This document shows, one piece after another, positions 36,256 through 46,122 of a DNA stretch of 64,000 bases. The DNA is from Nanobdellota archaeon. Its GTDB lineage: Archaea; Nanobdellota; Nanobdellia; Pacearchaeales; GW2011-AR1. The DNA lies in the NCBI GenBank assembly GCA_038044405.1, contig JBBTAC010000002.1:58547-122546 (forward strand), written 5' to 3'. Both the position numbers and the translations under genes were made by a program. Position 1 is the stretch's first letter. Each line of letters opens with the position of its first letter. The notes below the pieces were generated by a model. That model did not search any database. It saw nothing but the letters and a program-made list of their open reading frames with translations, and had not been told where the DNA came from.

Positions 36256-37716
36256 TTAATCGATAGGGATATTATTTTTTATAATAAATGCTATCTTTGG
36301 GTCTGAAACAATGTATTCCTTTTCCATTCCAGGAGTATCTTCTTTTTCTCTGACAACGCCATAGTTTTTCATTATTTTAATATGAGAAGACCCTGCTTGA
36401 TGCTCTAACTTTAAAACCTTCATAACATCTTTCACTTTGAATTCTGTCTTGCCAATATTTTTAAGTTTGCTAATAATTCCACGAATATCTTGTTTAGTTC
36501 CTTTTTGTGCAGGATATAAAGAGTAAAAATCGTAATTCTTCAAGAAATGTATTATACCTTGACTAACGGCTTGATTTGAAAACAGACTTGAATTAGAATT
36601 TATATTTGATTGTTGGTCGTAGATATTGCTCATTAAATGCAAAAAATCTCTAGGGGATTTATTAGCTAAATTAGCCAACATACTAATGTGACTTTTGTCC
36701 TGGAAAATTGATTCTAAGGTAGTATTTCCATTTGAAAAATAAATAATTCTTTTTTTCATAATATCTACTAGATCGTATTCTGCCCAGTTGACATCAATTG
36801 GTTTTATCTTGTCAAAACGAACTCCTTCCGAATTCAGTTCTTTTTTAACTTTAGACCACAAGATGAATACAAAGGCGAATTTTTTGTTTAATATCAACTG
36901 ATTATTTTTCAATAGAGGAAGTAAAATTCTAACTTCTTCATCAATTTTTGAAGCTATTTCTGGCTGTTCGTCTATTTTATCCAGGAATAGCGTAGTGGTT
37001 TTGTAATCCAATTTAACTATTAAATTTAACAAATCTTCTAAAATTTCCAATGCACCGTTCTCCTGGATTTCCCCAAGATTTATTTTTTCCGTATTTTCTT
37101 GTATTAAAGGAATATATTCTTTGTAAAATTTTGCCCCGCCCTGATTTGGAAGACCTAAGGATTTAGAGACAAAATCGCTAGTCAATGTAACTGCCCCACT
37201 TAAAATATTATTTACTAGAGGGTTAATAACATCATTATACATCTTTTTACCAATATTCTCCTGAAATCTTTCAAATTCTTGCCTGGAAATAGTTGCAAAA
37301 AAGTTCTTTATTATAAAAGATAGCTTTTCTCTTTCAATTTGGTTTAGACTATTAACACCTTTGCCCTTTATTAGCAAATCTTGTATTAAAGTTTTGGTTA
37401 TTTTTCTTATGAGAAACAGAAGATACTTTAAATAAAGATGATTTCCCTTACCGACAAAGTCCGCATAATTGTCAATTAAAACTATTAGAGAGTTCTCATC
37501 TTCTGCTAAATCTTCAATTAATCTGAACATAAGGGCAGATTTACCGCTTCCTCTTTCTCCAAAAACATACCGAGAGTTGTTATTCAATAAGTCCTGGAAA
37601 ATTGTAGAATAATATTTAGGTTCATAGAAGATATATTTAAGATATTCAACTTCTTCTTCTGCGGAAAATCTGGAAAAGGGATTTTCCTTAAACCCCATTT
37701 TTTGATATAGTGTCAT
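36256..37716 (-). CDS. P-loop NTPase (archaeal ATPase, AAA+/STAND-like family)
   Basis: ENPF... then the Walker A motif YVFGERGSGKSALMF. Hydrophobic-D/E Walker B candidates. 486 aa. Confidence 0.45.
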   Translation of the reverse strand: MTLYQKMGFKENPFSRFSAEEEVEYLKYIFYEPKYYSTIFQDLLNNNSRYVFGERGSGKSALMFRLIEDLAEDENSLIVLIDNYADFVGKGNHLYLKYLLFLIRKITKTLIQDLLIKGKGVNSLNQIEREKLSFIIKNFFATISRQEFERFQENIGKKMYNDVINPLVNNILSGAVTLTSDFVSKSLGLPNQGGAKFYKEYIPLIQENTEKINLGEIQENGALEILEDLLNLIVKLDYKTTTLFLDKIDEQPEIASKIDEEVRILLPLLKNNQLILNKKFAFVFILWSKVKKELNSEGVRFDKIKPIDVNWAEYDLVDIMKKRIIYFSNGNTTLESIFQDKSHISMLANLANKSPRDFLHLMSNIYDQQSNINSNSSLFSNQAVSQGIIHFLKNYDFYSLYPAQKGTKQDIRGIISKLKNIGKTEFKVKDVMKVLKLEHQAGSSHIKIMKNYGVVREKEDTPGMEKEYIVSDPKIAFIIKNNIPID

Positions 37717-37844
37717 TTTTTCTTTAAGTCCTTTTTAATTAGTTCTTCAAGATATTTTGAAATATCTTTATTAGCATCGATGCAATGTTTTTTAGCTTCC
37801 TTCCAGACTTCCTCTTCTATATTAATACTTGTCTTCTTAATCAT
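37713..37844 (-). CDS. Small ribbon-helix-helix-like protein (43 aa), translationally coupled (ATGA) to the ATPase. Not in the ORF track.
   Basis: Own translation: MIKKTSINIEEEVWKEAKKHCIDANKDISKYLEELIKKDLKKK, which fits a beta-strand, helix, helix pattern. Confidence 0.35.
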   Translation of the reverse strand: MIKKTSINIEEEVWKEAKKHCIDANKDISKYLEELIKKDLKKK

Positions 37845-38092
37845 TCTTAGGTATATACCTACTAAGGCATTTAAATTTAATTGCAACAAAAAATATACTT
37901 CAAGTTCACGGAATGTTTAAACAGCAGAGGAGATATACCTATATAGGTATAATAGTATATGGAACACTTACTTAGTGCCGAGCCAGTTTTCAGATAAGAA
38001 CACATTACTATTAAACTAAATTAAACAGCAAAAAGCCAGGAGCTTAAATCAATGAAAGCCACTAATTCCTAACACTCTCTCTTTAAATCCGT

Positions 38093-38809
38093 TTAATCTT
38101 GTATTTTTTGTAAAAACCTATCTAATTGTTTTGCTTTTTGTAGATAATCTAATATTACAAAGCCAGCTTTAATTGCTGTTTCGCCGAAACTAACAATGCC
38201 ATCTTCATGTCCATCCATAGCAAAAATGTTTTTATTCATGAATTCTGGATAAATTCTCTTAACTTCTTCAGCCATTTCTGGAGTACCATATTCAACTTTT
38301 TTATCTGTTGAAGGTATTTTTAACTCCCCTCTGTATAGCCATATTTCTGGTGAATGAACATGAAAGACAAATCTTGCATCATCCGACAAATCGTATACCA
38401 TTCCATGAGTCATTGATTCAGAAGAAGCAATTGCTTTTCCCTTTTGTGTTAAAATCAAATTTTTTTCAGGATAATATTCTAAAACAATGGCATAGTTATC
38501 TTCGGTTAAATGCTCTAAATTGCCAGTTTGCGAGCCTGTAATAACAAAACTTCTTTCATTTTTAGGAGGACTATTCTTTTCTAACCTCATACTTAAATTT
38601 CCATATCCATAACCAGAGTAACGATCTTTATCTTGTCCAACTAATTTATGCAAATATAAAACTGCTCTCCACGCATTTAAATCTTTTAAATCAGGCATTT
38701 TTATATCGCCGTCAACAATTTTATCCTGATATTTTCTGACGCCTTCTGATACCATGGTACTAAAAATTAAAGGAGATTTATAAATTTGTTGGATGTTTCT
38801 GTCCCACAA
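38093..38809 (-). CDS. Class II aldolase/adducin-family protein. The true start may be an internal Met.
   Basis: ITGSQTG...SSESMTHGMVY...VFHVHSP resembles aldolase-II metal and active-site motifs. Confidence 0.45.
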   Translation of the reverse strand: MWDRNIQQIYKSPLIFSTMVSEGVRKYQDKIVDGDIKMPDLKDLNAWRAVLYLHKLVGQDKDRYSGYGYGNLSMRLEKNSPPKNERSFVITGSQTGNLEHLTEDNYAIVLEYYPEKNLILTQKGKAIASSESMTHGMVYDLSDDARFVFHVHSPEIWLYRGELKIPSTDKKVEYGTPEMAEEVKRIYPEFMNKNIFAMDGHEDGIVSFGETAIKAGFVILDYLQKAKQLDRFLQKIQD

Positions 38810-38954
38810 TGTATTATCTGCTTTAGATGGTCTAAATGTGCATAATCCAATTCATCAGCTCTGCCCTCTTCAAAATATTTTTCTTTTGACATTGTGAATT
38901 TTACATCTTCTCTAATCTTTTCATTTACCTTTGTTTTTAATTCGACCATGAGAA

Positions 38955-39332
38955 TTACCTTTCTACAAATGCACTAAATCCACCATAAGCCATTCTATTC
39001 ATTTTAAATGGCATAGGCATATCCTTCATTTTTTCTGGAGACATAGCTGGATCTTTCATAACGGCAGCATTTACTTTATCTCTATGAGTTTTTGATTTAT
39101 AGACAATGAAAGAAAAAATAACAGTTTCATTAGATTTAGTTTTTGCTAACTCTGTAAATTTTGCCGGCTGCATGTTAGGATCCCCTTTAGGATTTAGATC
39201 GTCTCCGATACACTCATAATACTCTAAAGCTCCGTGCTTCTTCCAAATTTTAGCCCCTAACTCCGCCATCTTTTTATAGGTCTTCAAATTTTTCTTTGGA
39301 ATAGCGATAACAAAACCATCAACATATTTCAT
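38955..39332 (-). CDS. DUF1428-like small protein
   Basis: MKYVDGFVIAIPKKNLKTYKKMAELGAKIWKKHGALEYYECIGDDL resembles the DUF1428 family. Confidence 0.4.
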   Translation of the reverse strand: MKYVDGFVIAIPKKNLKTYKKMAELGAKIWKKHGALEYYECIGDDLNPKGDPNMQPAKFTELAKTKSNETVIFSFIVYKSKTHRDKVNAAVMKDPAMSPEKMKDMPMPFKMNRMAYGGFSAFVER

Positions 39333-39388
39333 ATTTTCACCTTATTATCTTAAATTAAAGAAAGTTTATAAATATAATGATTAGGTTG

Positions 39389-39760
39389 CTATTTACACCC
39401 AGAAAGCAATCTCAATTCGTCTAAATTTTTAATACCATAATATAACTTATCATTAATCTCCCATGCAGGAACACTTTCTAACCTAGAGCATTCTATTATA
39501 TTATCAGAACATTCATAATAATTTAGATATTTAATCGCCTCATTTCCAAAAAGGTTTTTTTGTTTATCGCAAGAATTACAGTTATTAATAGTATACAATT
39601 TCGCATTCTTTTCTGTCAAGCATTGAGCTAATTCTTTATCACTATCTTCTCCAATAATATAGCCAGTGGCTTTAGAAAACCAGTCTGTAAAGAAATATAA
39701 TACAGTAATTAATAAAATTAAAAAAGCAAAGGTGAATATAATCTTATGTCTCTTTTCCAT
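39389..39760 (-). CDS. Membrane-anchored thioredoxin/glutaredoxin-like protein
   Basis: N-terminal TM segment and a CNSC (CxxC) motif. Confidence 0.35.
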   Translation of the reverse strand: MEKRHKIIFTFAFLILLITVLYFFTDWFSKATGYIIGEDSDKELAQCLTEKNAKLYTINNCNSCDKQKNLFGNEAIKYLNYYECSDNIIECSRLESVPAWEINDKLYYGIKNLDELRLLSGCK

Positions 39761-39852
39761 ATAATATGGTAAATTATTTCATTTTTATTCTTTTGCTTTA
39801 TCAAAAATACAGAAACCGAAAGATTTAAATACCACTATTTAGTGACAATAAT

Positions 39853-40218
39853 ATGGAAAATACAGATACCTTGGAAGAAAACGTAAAAGATAGAAAGTCT
39901 CATGTTGCATATATTACTATTTTTAGAGAAGATCATATAGTTACAGAAGCAAAAGGAGATAGAACTCTAGGTTTATTCCAACTTCCAGATAGAATAGAGT
40001 GTCAATTAGGCACAGCTCGCCAAATAATGGAATATCAATTCAATACAAGGGATATATCTAGAGGAACAGTATATCAGGGCGTTAGTGAAGAAGCTTTTCA
40101 CAAAATTTCTAAGAAAATATCAATGGCTGAAGATTATGGGGATGCAGCCCAGATTGCAAATTGGGAATTTCTTGAAGAAGACAGGCAATATAGATATTTA
40201 GGCAATTATATAGATTAA
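39853..40218 (+). CDS. Hypothetical protein
   Basis: 121-aa ORF. Confidence 0.25.
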   Translation: MENTDTLEENVKDRKSHVAYITIFREDHIVTEAKGDRTLGLFQLPDRIECQLGTARQIMEYQFNTRDISRGTVYQGVSEEAFHKISKKISMAEDYGDAAQIANWEFLEEDRQYRYLGNYID

Positions 40219-40227
40219 TTGACATAG

Positions 40228-40902
40228 TTAGCTTTCCAGCACAATCTTTTCAGAATTAGCGCCTAATTTTTGCAGTATATATTGAATTTCTCCAACAAAT
40301 CTTAATGGTCCGCAAATGTAAAAATGCTGATTAAAGTTTTTTATTTTATCTCTAAGAAAATTAGCGTCGATACGTTTATTTTCATATTTCACATTTTTCT
40401 CTCTTGTAAGTGTATAGATAACATTTAATCCCAATTTAGAAAATTCATCAAATTCTTTTTTTAATATAATATCCTTTTCAGTCTTATTTGAGAATATGAG
40501 TGTATTACCATTCAATTTATTATTATTTTTCAACTGCCTTAAAATTGCGATAAAGGGCGTTACGCCAGCGCCTCCAGCAATAAAAACTCCTTTTCCCTTA
40601 TAAGCTATTGCGCCAAAAGGTTCCGAGATAATAAATTCATCTCCTTCTTTCAAGTCAATCATTTTTGCAGTTAAGCCATTTCTTTCCTTATATGTCTTAA
40701 TTGTAAATTCAAGATTTACATGTTCATTCAAAGAAGTAAATGTAAAAGGTCTTTTCTTTTCTTTATAATCCTCTAAGTTTATAGATAAATCAACTGCCTG
40801 CCCCGGAATAAATTTATAATCCTTTGGCTTTTCAACAACAAATCTTTTCACATCATGTGTAACAAAATCAGCAGATATAATTCTTGTAATATTTGTTTTC
40901 AT
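40228..40902 (-). CDS. FAD/NAD(P)-binding oxidoreductase (ferredoxin-NADP reductase-like)
   Basis: RPFTFTS matches the RxY[ST] FAD motif. GGAGVTPF matches the NAD(P) motif. Confidence 0.55.
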   Translation of the reverse strand: MKTNITRIISADFVTHDVKRFVVEKPKDYKFIPGQAVDLSINLEDYKEKKRPFTFTSLNEHVNLEFTIKTYKERNGLTAKMIDLKEGDEFIISEPFGAIAYKGKGVFIAGGAGVTPFIAILRQLKNNNKLNGNTLIFSNKTEKDIILKKEFDEFSKLGLNVIYTLTREKNVKYENKRIDANFLRDKIKNFNQHFYICGPLRFVGEIQYILQKLGANSEKIVLES

Positions 40903-41327
40903 GATAATTCAGCATAACTAAATAAAACTTTGAAAGGCACACACCATATCAATACTTTATTATATTTATTTATGTCGATACCATCAGGAATATCATAATT
41001 AATATTTCCTTTCGTTCCTTTTATTGCGCCTAAATCTATATAATCGCCAGCATCCAAACTTGATGCAAGATAAATATGCAAGTCAGGTCCATTTATTGTT
41101 TCAAAATCTTCAAATCGTAAAATCTTTTTTTGTTCATTCTCAATTAATAGAGCTTTACCTTTAACTTCATGTGCGCTCTGAATAAAAATTCCTTCTGCTA
41201 AACTATCAGAAGTTAATGGGATATTTTCATTCTTTTCTACAACTTTAAAAGCAGGAGAAATTAAGTACCAAGCTATACCAACTGCAATTATTATAACTAA
41301 AATAATAATATAAATTGATTTCTTCAT
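40899..41327 (-). CDS. Membrane-anchored DM13-domain protein
   Basis: N-terminal TM segment. FEDFETINGPDLHIYL resembles DM13. Overlaps the reductase start by 4 nt. Confidence 0.45.
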   Translation of the reverse strand: MKKSIYIIILVIIIAVGIAWYLISPAFKVVEKNENIPLTSDSLAEGIFIQSAHEVKGKALLIENEQKKILRFEDFETINGPDLHIYLASSLDAGDYIDLGAIKGTKGNINYDIPDGIDINKYNKVLIWCVPFKVLFSYAELS

Positions 41328-41371
41328 ATAATCAACAATATCAAAGACTTTATATCTCTTTTTATTAATTA

Positions 41372-41668
41372 TTAAAATTTAAAAATATACTTGCTCAAGT
41401 CTATTTTTCCTTCAACTATTTTAACACCTTCTTTTTCCAATAATTCAATCTTCTTTTTTATCCCTCCAGAATACATTCCAACATTTCCATCAGATTTAAT
41501 CACCCTATGGCAAGGTATTGTTGGCGTATGCTGGTTTTTCCTCATTGCACTTCCAACAGCCCTATATGCTTTAGTATTCAAAGCAAAAGCAATTTCTTTG
41601 TATGTAGTAACTTTTCCTTTAGGAACCTTTCTTAAAAATTCGTAGCACCTCTTATTGAAATCTTTCAT
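41372..41668 (-). CDS. ogt: Methylated-DNA-protein-cysteine methyltransferase (Ogt/MGMT), DNA-binding/active-site domain only
   Basis: PCHRVI active-site motif. 98 aa. Confidence 0.75.
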   Translation of the reverse strand: MKDFNKRCYEFLRKVPKGKVTTYKEIAFALNTKAYRAVGSAMRKNQHTPTIPCHRVIKSDGNVGMYSGGIKKKIELLEKEGVKIVEGKIDLSKYIFKF

Positions 41669-41670
41669 TT

Positions 41671-42762
41671 TTATACAGTATATGAAGAGGCATCTTTTAT
41701 AAAAAGATGCTCAAGAAATGGAAGTAAACTCTTCTTAGATTGCACAATTTCAAGAACTTTAGCGTCAATAGATGCGACATCTTCTCTAGATATTTTGCGA
41801 TAATTTTCATCATAGAAAAACTTAGGAGTATCTATTACTTTTAATGTATAGGCGCTCATTGAAAGAGCATCACCCCACGATTGCCTAAGTCCAACAGGGT
41901 TGTATGGAAGTTCTTCAATCCATTGATTAGCAGAAACAATATATTTTTTTGCATCTTCTATTTGCGGTACTAAAATATGATTATATGCCTTATCTAATTC
42001 ATCTTTATCGCTTTCTTTTAAATTAACAAGTTTAGAATAATCCAATCCTTGTTTTTCAACTAATTCACGAGGATATCTAAATATTCCTTGTTCTGCATCT
42101 TTATGTAAATCACGAATATCATTTACTAATTGAAGACCAATTCCAAAATCATGTGCTGTATTAACTCCAATAGTTAAATCGGAGTGTTCAGGCATAACTT
42201 TTCTAACATTTTCATCACTAAAATATCCTGCTTCTCTTGTAAGCTCACTAACCATGTACCCTATTACTCCAGCAGCATAATGGCAGTATCTATGGTGGTC
42301 TTCAATAGTTTGGATATTTTGAATACCTGGATTGGAAAGCCCGTCAGCCATTTCATCACAATATCTCCTTATTATATCCTGTACAGCAGAGGGAAATTCG
42401 CCCAATGCCTCTTGAACAAATCCAATATTGCTAAGAAGTTCTCTATATCCCTCAGATTTATCCTGTTTTGGACCAACTAATAACTTTTCAAGACTTGATA
42501 TCTCCTCCCTAGAACCGCCTCGCAAAATTCCTGGAATTCTTCTCATCAAATGTCTCTTATCAGCTTGAGCTAAATCACTATCTTCAAGCTCATCTTCTAT
42601 TCTTGCTTCTAAATAAGCTGCGCCAAGCCACATAGAAAGAGGTTTTGGAAGTTTTGCAAGAGTATATGCAAATGTTCTAGAAGATTTAGCTAATAGTTCC
42701 TGAATTTTAAGATAAAGCTCTTCTTCATTTTCAGCTAAATGCCCATTTTTATGATTTTCCAT
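41671..42762 (-). CDS. Squalene/phytoene synthase-family (head-to-head isoprenoid synthase) protein
   Basis: SSRTFAY...LP...AYLEARIEDELED gives the first Asp-rich motif. YCHYAAGVIGYM. LQLVNDIRDLHKDAEQG gives the second motif. Confidence 0.55.
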   Translation of the reverse strand: MENHKNGHLAENEEELYLKIQELLAKSSRTFAYTLAKLPKPLSMWLGAAYLEARIEDELEDSDLAQADKRHLMRRIPGILRGGSREEISSLEKLLVGPKQDKSEGYRELLSNIGFVQEALGEFPSAVQDIIRRYCDEMADGLSNPGIQNIQTIEDHHRYCHYAAGVIGYMVSELTREAGYFSDENVRKVMPEHSDLTIGVNTAHDFGIGLQLVNDIRDLHKDAEQGIFRYPRELVEKQGLDYSKLVNLKESDKDELDKAYNHILVPQIEDAKKYIVSANQWIEELPYNPVGLRQSWGDALSMSAYTLKVIDTPKFFYDENYRKISREDVASIDAKVLEIVQSKKSLLPFLEHLFIKDASSYTV

Positions 42763-42851
42763 TTTATGATATTATAACGATATATATCTATAAATAATAT
42801 CGCAGTTAGTTATTTTTAAATGTTCCTACTACACAATTAACAACTAAATTA

Positions 42852-43754
42852 TCACATCATCTTCAATTTTCTTATTCTCTCATTAATATCTGGGTGTGTT
42901 GAAAATAATCCCTGTATTTTTTTCTTGAAAGGATCTGAAATAAATAATGGGGCAATTTCTCTAGGATAATTTTTTCTATCTTGTTCAGATAAATGTTCAG
43001 ACTTTATCTTTTCTAAAGCATTCATCAATCCATCAGGGTAACGAGTAAATTTAACAGCAGTTGAATCTGCCCCAAATTCTCTTTTCCTTGAAATAGCTAA
43101 AGAAATTAATTGAGTTGCGATAGGAGCCAATATTGCAACAGCTATTGCAATAATAAAAATCACCAACTGTGTCTTACCCTCTCTTCTATCATCGTGAGCA
43201 GAGAACCATAAATTTCTGAGAAACATCTCTGCAATTATAGCAACCATTCCAACTAGAACAGCAGTCAATGTCATAAATCTAATATCTAAATTTGCTATAT
43301 GCGACATCTCATGAGCAATAACTCCTTCTAACTCTTGTTTATTCAACTTTTCAATTGCACCAGTAGTCATACATATAACTGCATGCGCAGGATCGCGCCC
43401 AGATGCGAAAGCATTTATCTGCGAAGATTCCATAACATACAATTTAGGCATAGGCAAACCAGAAGCAATAACTATTGATTCAACTGCGTGAAAAAACATT
43501 CTATGTTCGTTCCTAGAAGCAGGCTTTGCCCGAACAGATGCAATAGCTATTTTATCAGAATTGTAATATCCAATAAGAATGTAAGACAATGAGAATAATA
43601 TGGAAAATATCATAATAATAAAGAAGTAACCTGGATTAACAGCCAGAGCAATAAAATATCCAAGAAAAATAAATATGATAAAAACTATAAAAATTAGAGC
43701 AATAGATTTCAACTTATTATTTCTAATTTCATCATAAAAAGATAGCCTCTCCAT
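42852..43754 (-). CDS. htpX: HtpX-like M48 membrane zinc metalloprotease
   Basis: TM helices plus HEMSHIANLD (HExxH). Confidence 0.7.
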   Translation of the reverse strand: MERLSFYDEIRNNKLKSIALIFIVFIIFIFLGYFIALAVNPGYFFIIMIFSILFSLSYILIGYYNSDKIAIASVRAKPASRNEHRMFFHAVESIVIASGLPMPKLYVMESSQINAFASGRDPAHAVICMTTGAIEKLNKQELEGVIAHEMSHIANLDIRFMTLTAVLVGMVAIIAEMFLRNLWFSAHDDRREGKTQLVIFIIAIAVAILAPIATQLISLAISRKREFGADSTAVKFTRYPDGLMNALEKIKSEHLSEQDRKNYPREIAPLFISDPFKKKIQGLFSTHPDINERIRKLKMM

Positions 43755-43786
43755 ATTATAAAAAAGAAAATTATCTATATAAATGT

Positions 43787-43984
43787 TTATTGAGGTATAT
43801 AATTAATAGTTTCATCTATTGCATTAATATAGTCGTCATTTGTCTGAAAATCTTTATATTCTTCAACAGGAACTTGTCCAGTATTTTTTTCCTCTGAATT
43901 TGCAAACTTATTATTCATAAAGGCAAATGCAGATAGAACTAACACTAAAACTATTATTAATATCACAATACTTTGTTTTTTCAT
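43787..43984 (-). CDS. Small secreted/membrane protein
   Basis: N-terminal hydrophobic segment. Confidence 0.25.
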   Translation of the reverse strand: MKKQSIVILIIVLVLVLSAFAFMNNKFANSEEKNTGQVPVEEYKDFQTNDDYINAIDETINYIPQ

Positions 43985-44574
43985 TGTACACTCTTTATCA
44001 TTTGTTTCAATTCATTTAATTTAACAACTATTTCTGCTCTCTTCTCACCATCTAAAATACTCTGTTTTATGTCGACTATTAAATCAATAATTTCCGCAGT
44101 ATCAGAATCACTAATTGTACCAGCTTCATTTGCATCTTCAATTCTTTCCTCTAAACCATATAGCAATAATATCAAATAATTTCTTGCAGACAGCTCACTA
44201 GTGTTATTTTTAGAAAATCCAACAAGTCTTCTAAAACATCTATCTTTTTCTGCTCCAACATGATCATAACATTTATCTCTTTGAACATTTTTATAAAGTG
44301 CAATACATGAAGTAGGAGATTTCAATGTTCTGCACGCTTCTGGAACTCTAACATTATAATCCACATTTTCTTCCCTAGTCTTATTTTGCAATCTACATCT
44401 AATCCGATCAACTCTTATGTTTAAATTTTCACAATCCATTCTTTTCATTTCAGATGTATTGGTTGAATTTGTTTTCATTGACGAATTCCTTGGTATCTCT
44501 GCAGAACCAGCAGCATAGACAAATACAGAAGCTAAAAGAAGGAATATAAAAGAAATAAATAATAATCTTTTCAT
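43981..44574 (-). CDS. Hypothetical secreted Cys-containing protein
   Basis: Signal peptide MKRLLFISFIFLLLASVFVYA and 8 Cys. Confidence 0.3.
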   Translation of the reverse strand: MKRLLFISFIFLLLASVFVYAAGSAEIPRNSSMKTNSTNTSEMKRMDCENLNIRVDRIRCRLQNKTREENVDYNVRVPEACRTLKSPTSCIALYKNVQRDKCYDHVGAEKDRCFRRLVGFSKNNTSELSARNYLILLLYGLEERIEDANEAGTISDSDTAEIIDLIVDIKQSILDGEKRAEIVVKLNELKQMIKSVQ

Positions 44575-44648
44575 AATAATAACTAATTAATTTATTATTT
44601 AAATATTGCTATGTCAAGATGCTTGTTTCTTTAATTCTTTTGCTATAT

Positions 44649-45254
44649 CTAAAAATCAACTTTAGGAACTATTCTTGCTTCTTGAGGTATCTGCAAAAAT
44701 TCTTTCTTTTGCTTACTATATAATTTAGCAAAAAAAGCTCCCGGGAATGTTGCAACAGAATTATTGAAAGATAATACAGAATCATTATAATGTTGTCTTG
44801 CATATGCAACTTTATCTTCAATAGCTGCTAATTCTTGCTGTAATTGTAGAAAATTTTCATTCGCCTTTAAAACAGGATAATTCTCTGCAAGTGCAAAAAT
44901 AGATTTTAACGCAGATTGTAATTCAGATCCAGCTTTTACCTTTTGCTGAATAGTTGTAGCAGAAAGCATAGCTTCTCTGGCTTTTGTTATATCCTTAATA
45001 ATTCCTTTTTCATGTTTAACATAACCCTTTACAGAATTAATTAAATTAGGAACAAGATCAGCTCTCTTTCTTAATTGAACATCAATTTGAGATAAAGAAT
45101 TGTCAATTATATTTCCAAGGACTGTAAATCTATTAAAATAATAAATAAATATTAATATAACAAATATAAAAACAGCCAAAATAATCCACAATATCAAATC
45201 CATTATTTTAAATGACGAGTTTATTTTATAAATCTTTGTAATCTCATATAACAA
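44649..45254 (-). CDS. lemA: LemA-family protein
   Basis: N-terminal TM segment. Characteristic LemA region RADLVPNLINSV...ENYPVLKANENF... Confidence 0.7.
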   Translation of the reverse strand: MLYEITKIYKINSSFKIMDLILWIILAVFIFVILIFIYYFNRFTVLGNIIDNSLSQIDVQLRKRADLVPNLINSVKGYVKHEKGIIKDITKAREAMLSATTIQQKVKAGSELQSALKSIFALAENYPVLKANENFLQLQQELAAIEDKVAYARQHYNDSVLSFNNSVATFPGAFFAKLYSKQKKEFLQIPQEARIVPKVDF

Positions 45255-45330
45255 ATAAAAAAGAGATAGATTTATAAATCAACTTTTCAAGTTATATTTT
45301 ATAAACCAATGAAGTTAATACAGAGGAAAC

Positions 45331-45639
45331 ATGATAGACTACTATGAAATTGTTGAGAAGGCCCGAAAAACGGGAAAGATCGATAAAGGCACAAACGAAG
45401 TAACAAAAGCAATCGAGCTTGGAGTAGCCAAAGCTGTTTTCTACGCGTCAGATGTTTCACCAAAAGAGATTATAGCTCATTTAGTTGCTTTATGCAAGGA
45501 AAAAAGTGTTCCATGTATAGAAGTTGATTCAAAGCAAAAATTAGGTATGGCGGCAGGTATTACTGTTGGAGCAGCTTCTATAGCGGTAATTAATGGCGGC
45601 TCTGTAGACAAAGAGATCGCGCATTTAAAATCAAAATAA
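45331..45639 (+). CDS. rpl7ae: Ribosomal protein L7Ae
   Basis: [11 protein letters not shown]...ASDVSP...K-turn-binding family pattern. Confidence 0.85.
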   Translation: MIDYYEIVEKARKTGKIDKGTNEVTKAIELGVAKAVFYASDVSPKEIIAHLVALCKEKSVPCIEVDSKQKLGMAAGITVGAASIAVINGGSVDKEIAHLKSK

Positions 45640-45648
45640 GTTTTTAAA

Positions 45649-45936
45649 ATGGCAAAACAACCGCAAAAGATTAAAGATAAAAAATCAGAAGGGAGCACTC
45701 TAGTTAAATTCTCTACAGAGGGCGCTGTTAATGCGTTAGTTGAAGAAATTGTAGGAAGAACAGGCGGTAGAGGAGAAGTAACTCAAGTAAAGGTCAAAGT
45801 TCTAGAAGGAAAAAATAAAGGAAAATCAATGAGAAGAAATGTTAAAGGACCTATAAGAATAGGCGATTTGCTCACGTTAAGAGAAACAGAAATTGAAGCA
45901 AGAAGAATATTAGGAAATATAGGCAGGTCAGTATAA
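45649..45936 (+). CDS. rps28e: Ribosomal protein S28e
   Basis: [55 protein letters not shown]. Confidence 0.85.
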   Translation: MAKQPQKIKDKKSEGSTLVKFSTEGAVNALVEEIVGRTGGRGEVTQVKVKVLEGKNKGKSMRRNVKGPIRIGDLLTLRETEIEARRILGNIGRSV

Positions 45937-46121
45937 TGGTAAAATGTAGTTTCTGCGGTAAGGAAGAATACGCGTTTAAGGGTTTGCATCTAATTAAAAG
46001 CGATGGCAGTATCGCCTATTTTTGTTCAAGTAAATGTAGATTCAATGCTCTTAAATTAAGAAGAGATAAAAGAAAGATTAAATGGACCTCTGCCTTTCAA
46101 GAATTAAAGAGTAAAAAATAA
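45936..46121 (+). CDS. rpl24e: Ribosomal protein L24e
   Basis: CSFCGKEEYAFKG...FCSSKCRFN zinc-binding L24e pattern. ATGG overlap with S28e. Confidence 0.85.
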   Translation: MVKCSFCGKEEYAFKGLHLIKSDGSIAYFCSSKCRFNALKLRRDKRKIKWTSAFQELKSKK

Positions 46122-46122
46122 T

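Noticed and set aside
38767-38949. 60-aa minus-strand ORF overlapping the annotated start of the aldolase-like gene
   Set aside because: It may be a real small gene if the aldolase-like protein actually starts at an internal Met (MVSEGVRKYQ...). There is no motif to support it, so it is left uncalled.
41391-42480. Plus-strand ORFs 41391..41645 and 42184..42480 inside ogt and the isoprenoid synthase gene
   Set aside because: Antisense to motif-bearing genes. Reverse-frame artefacts.
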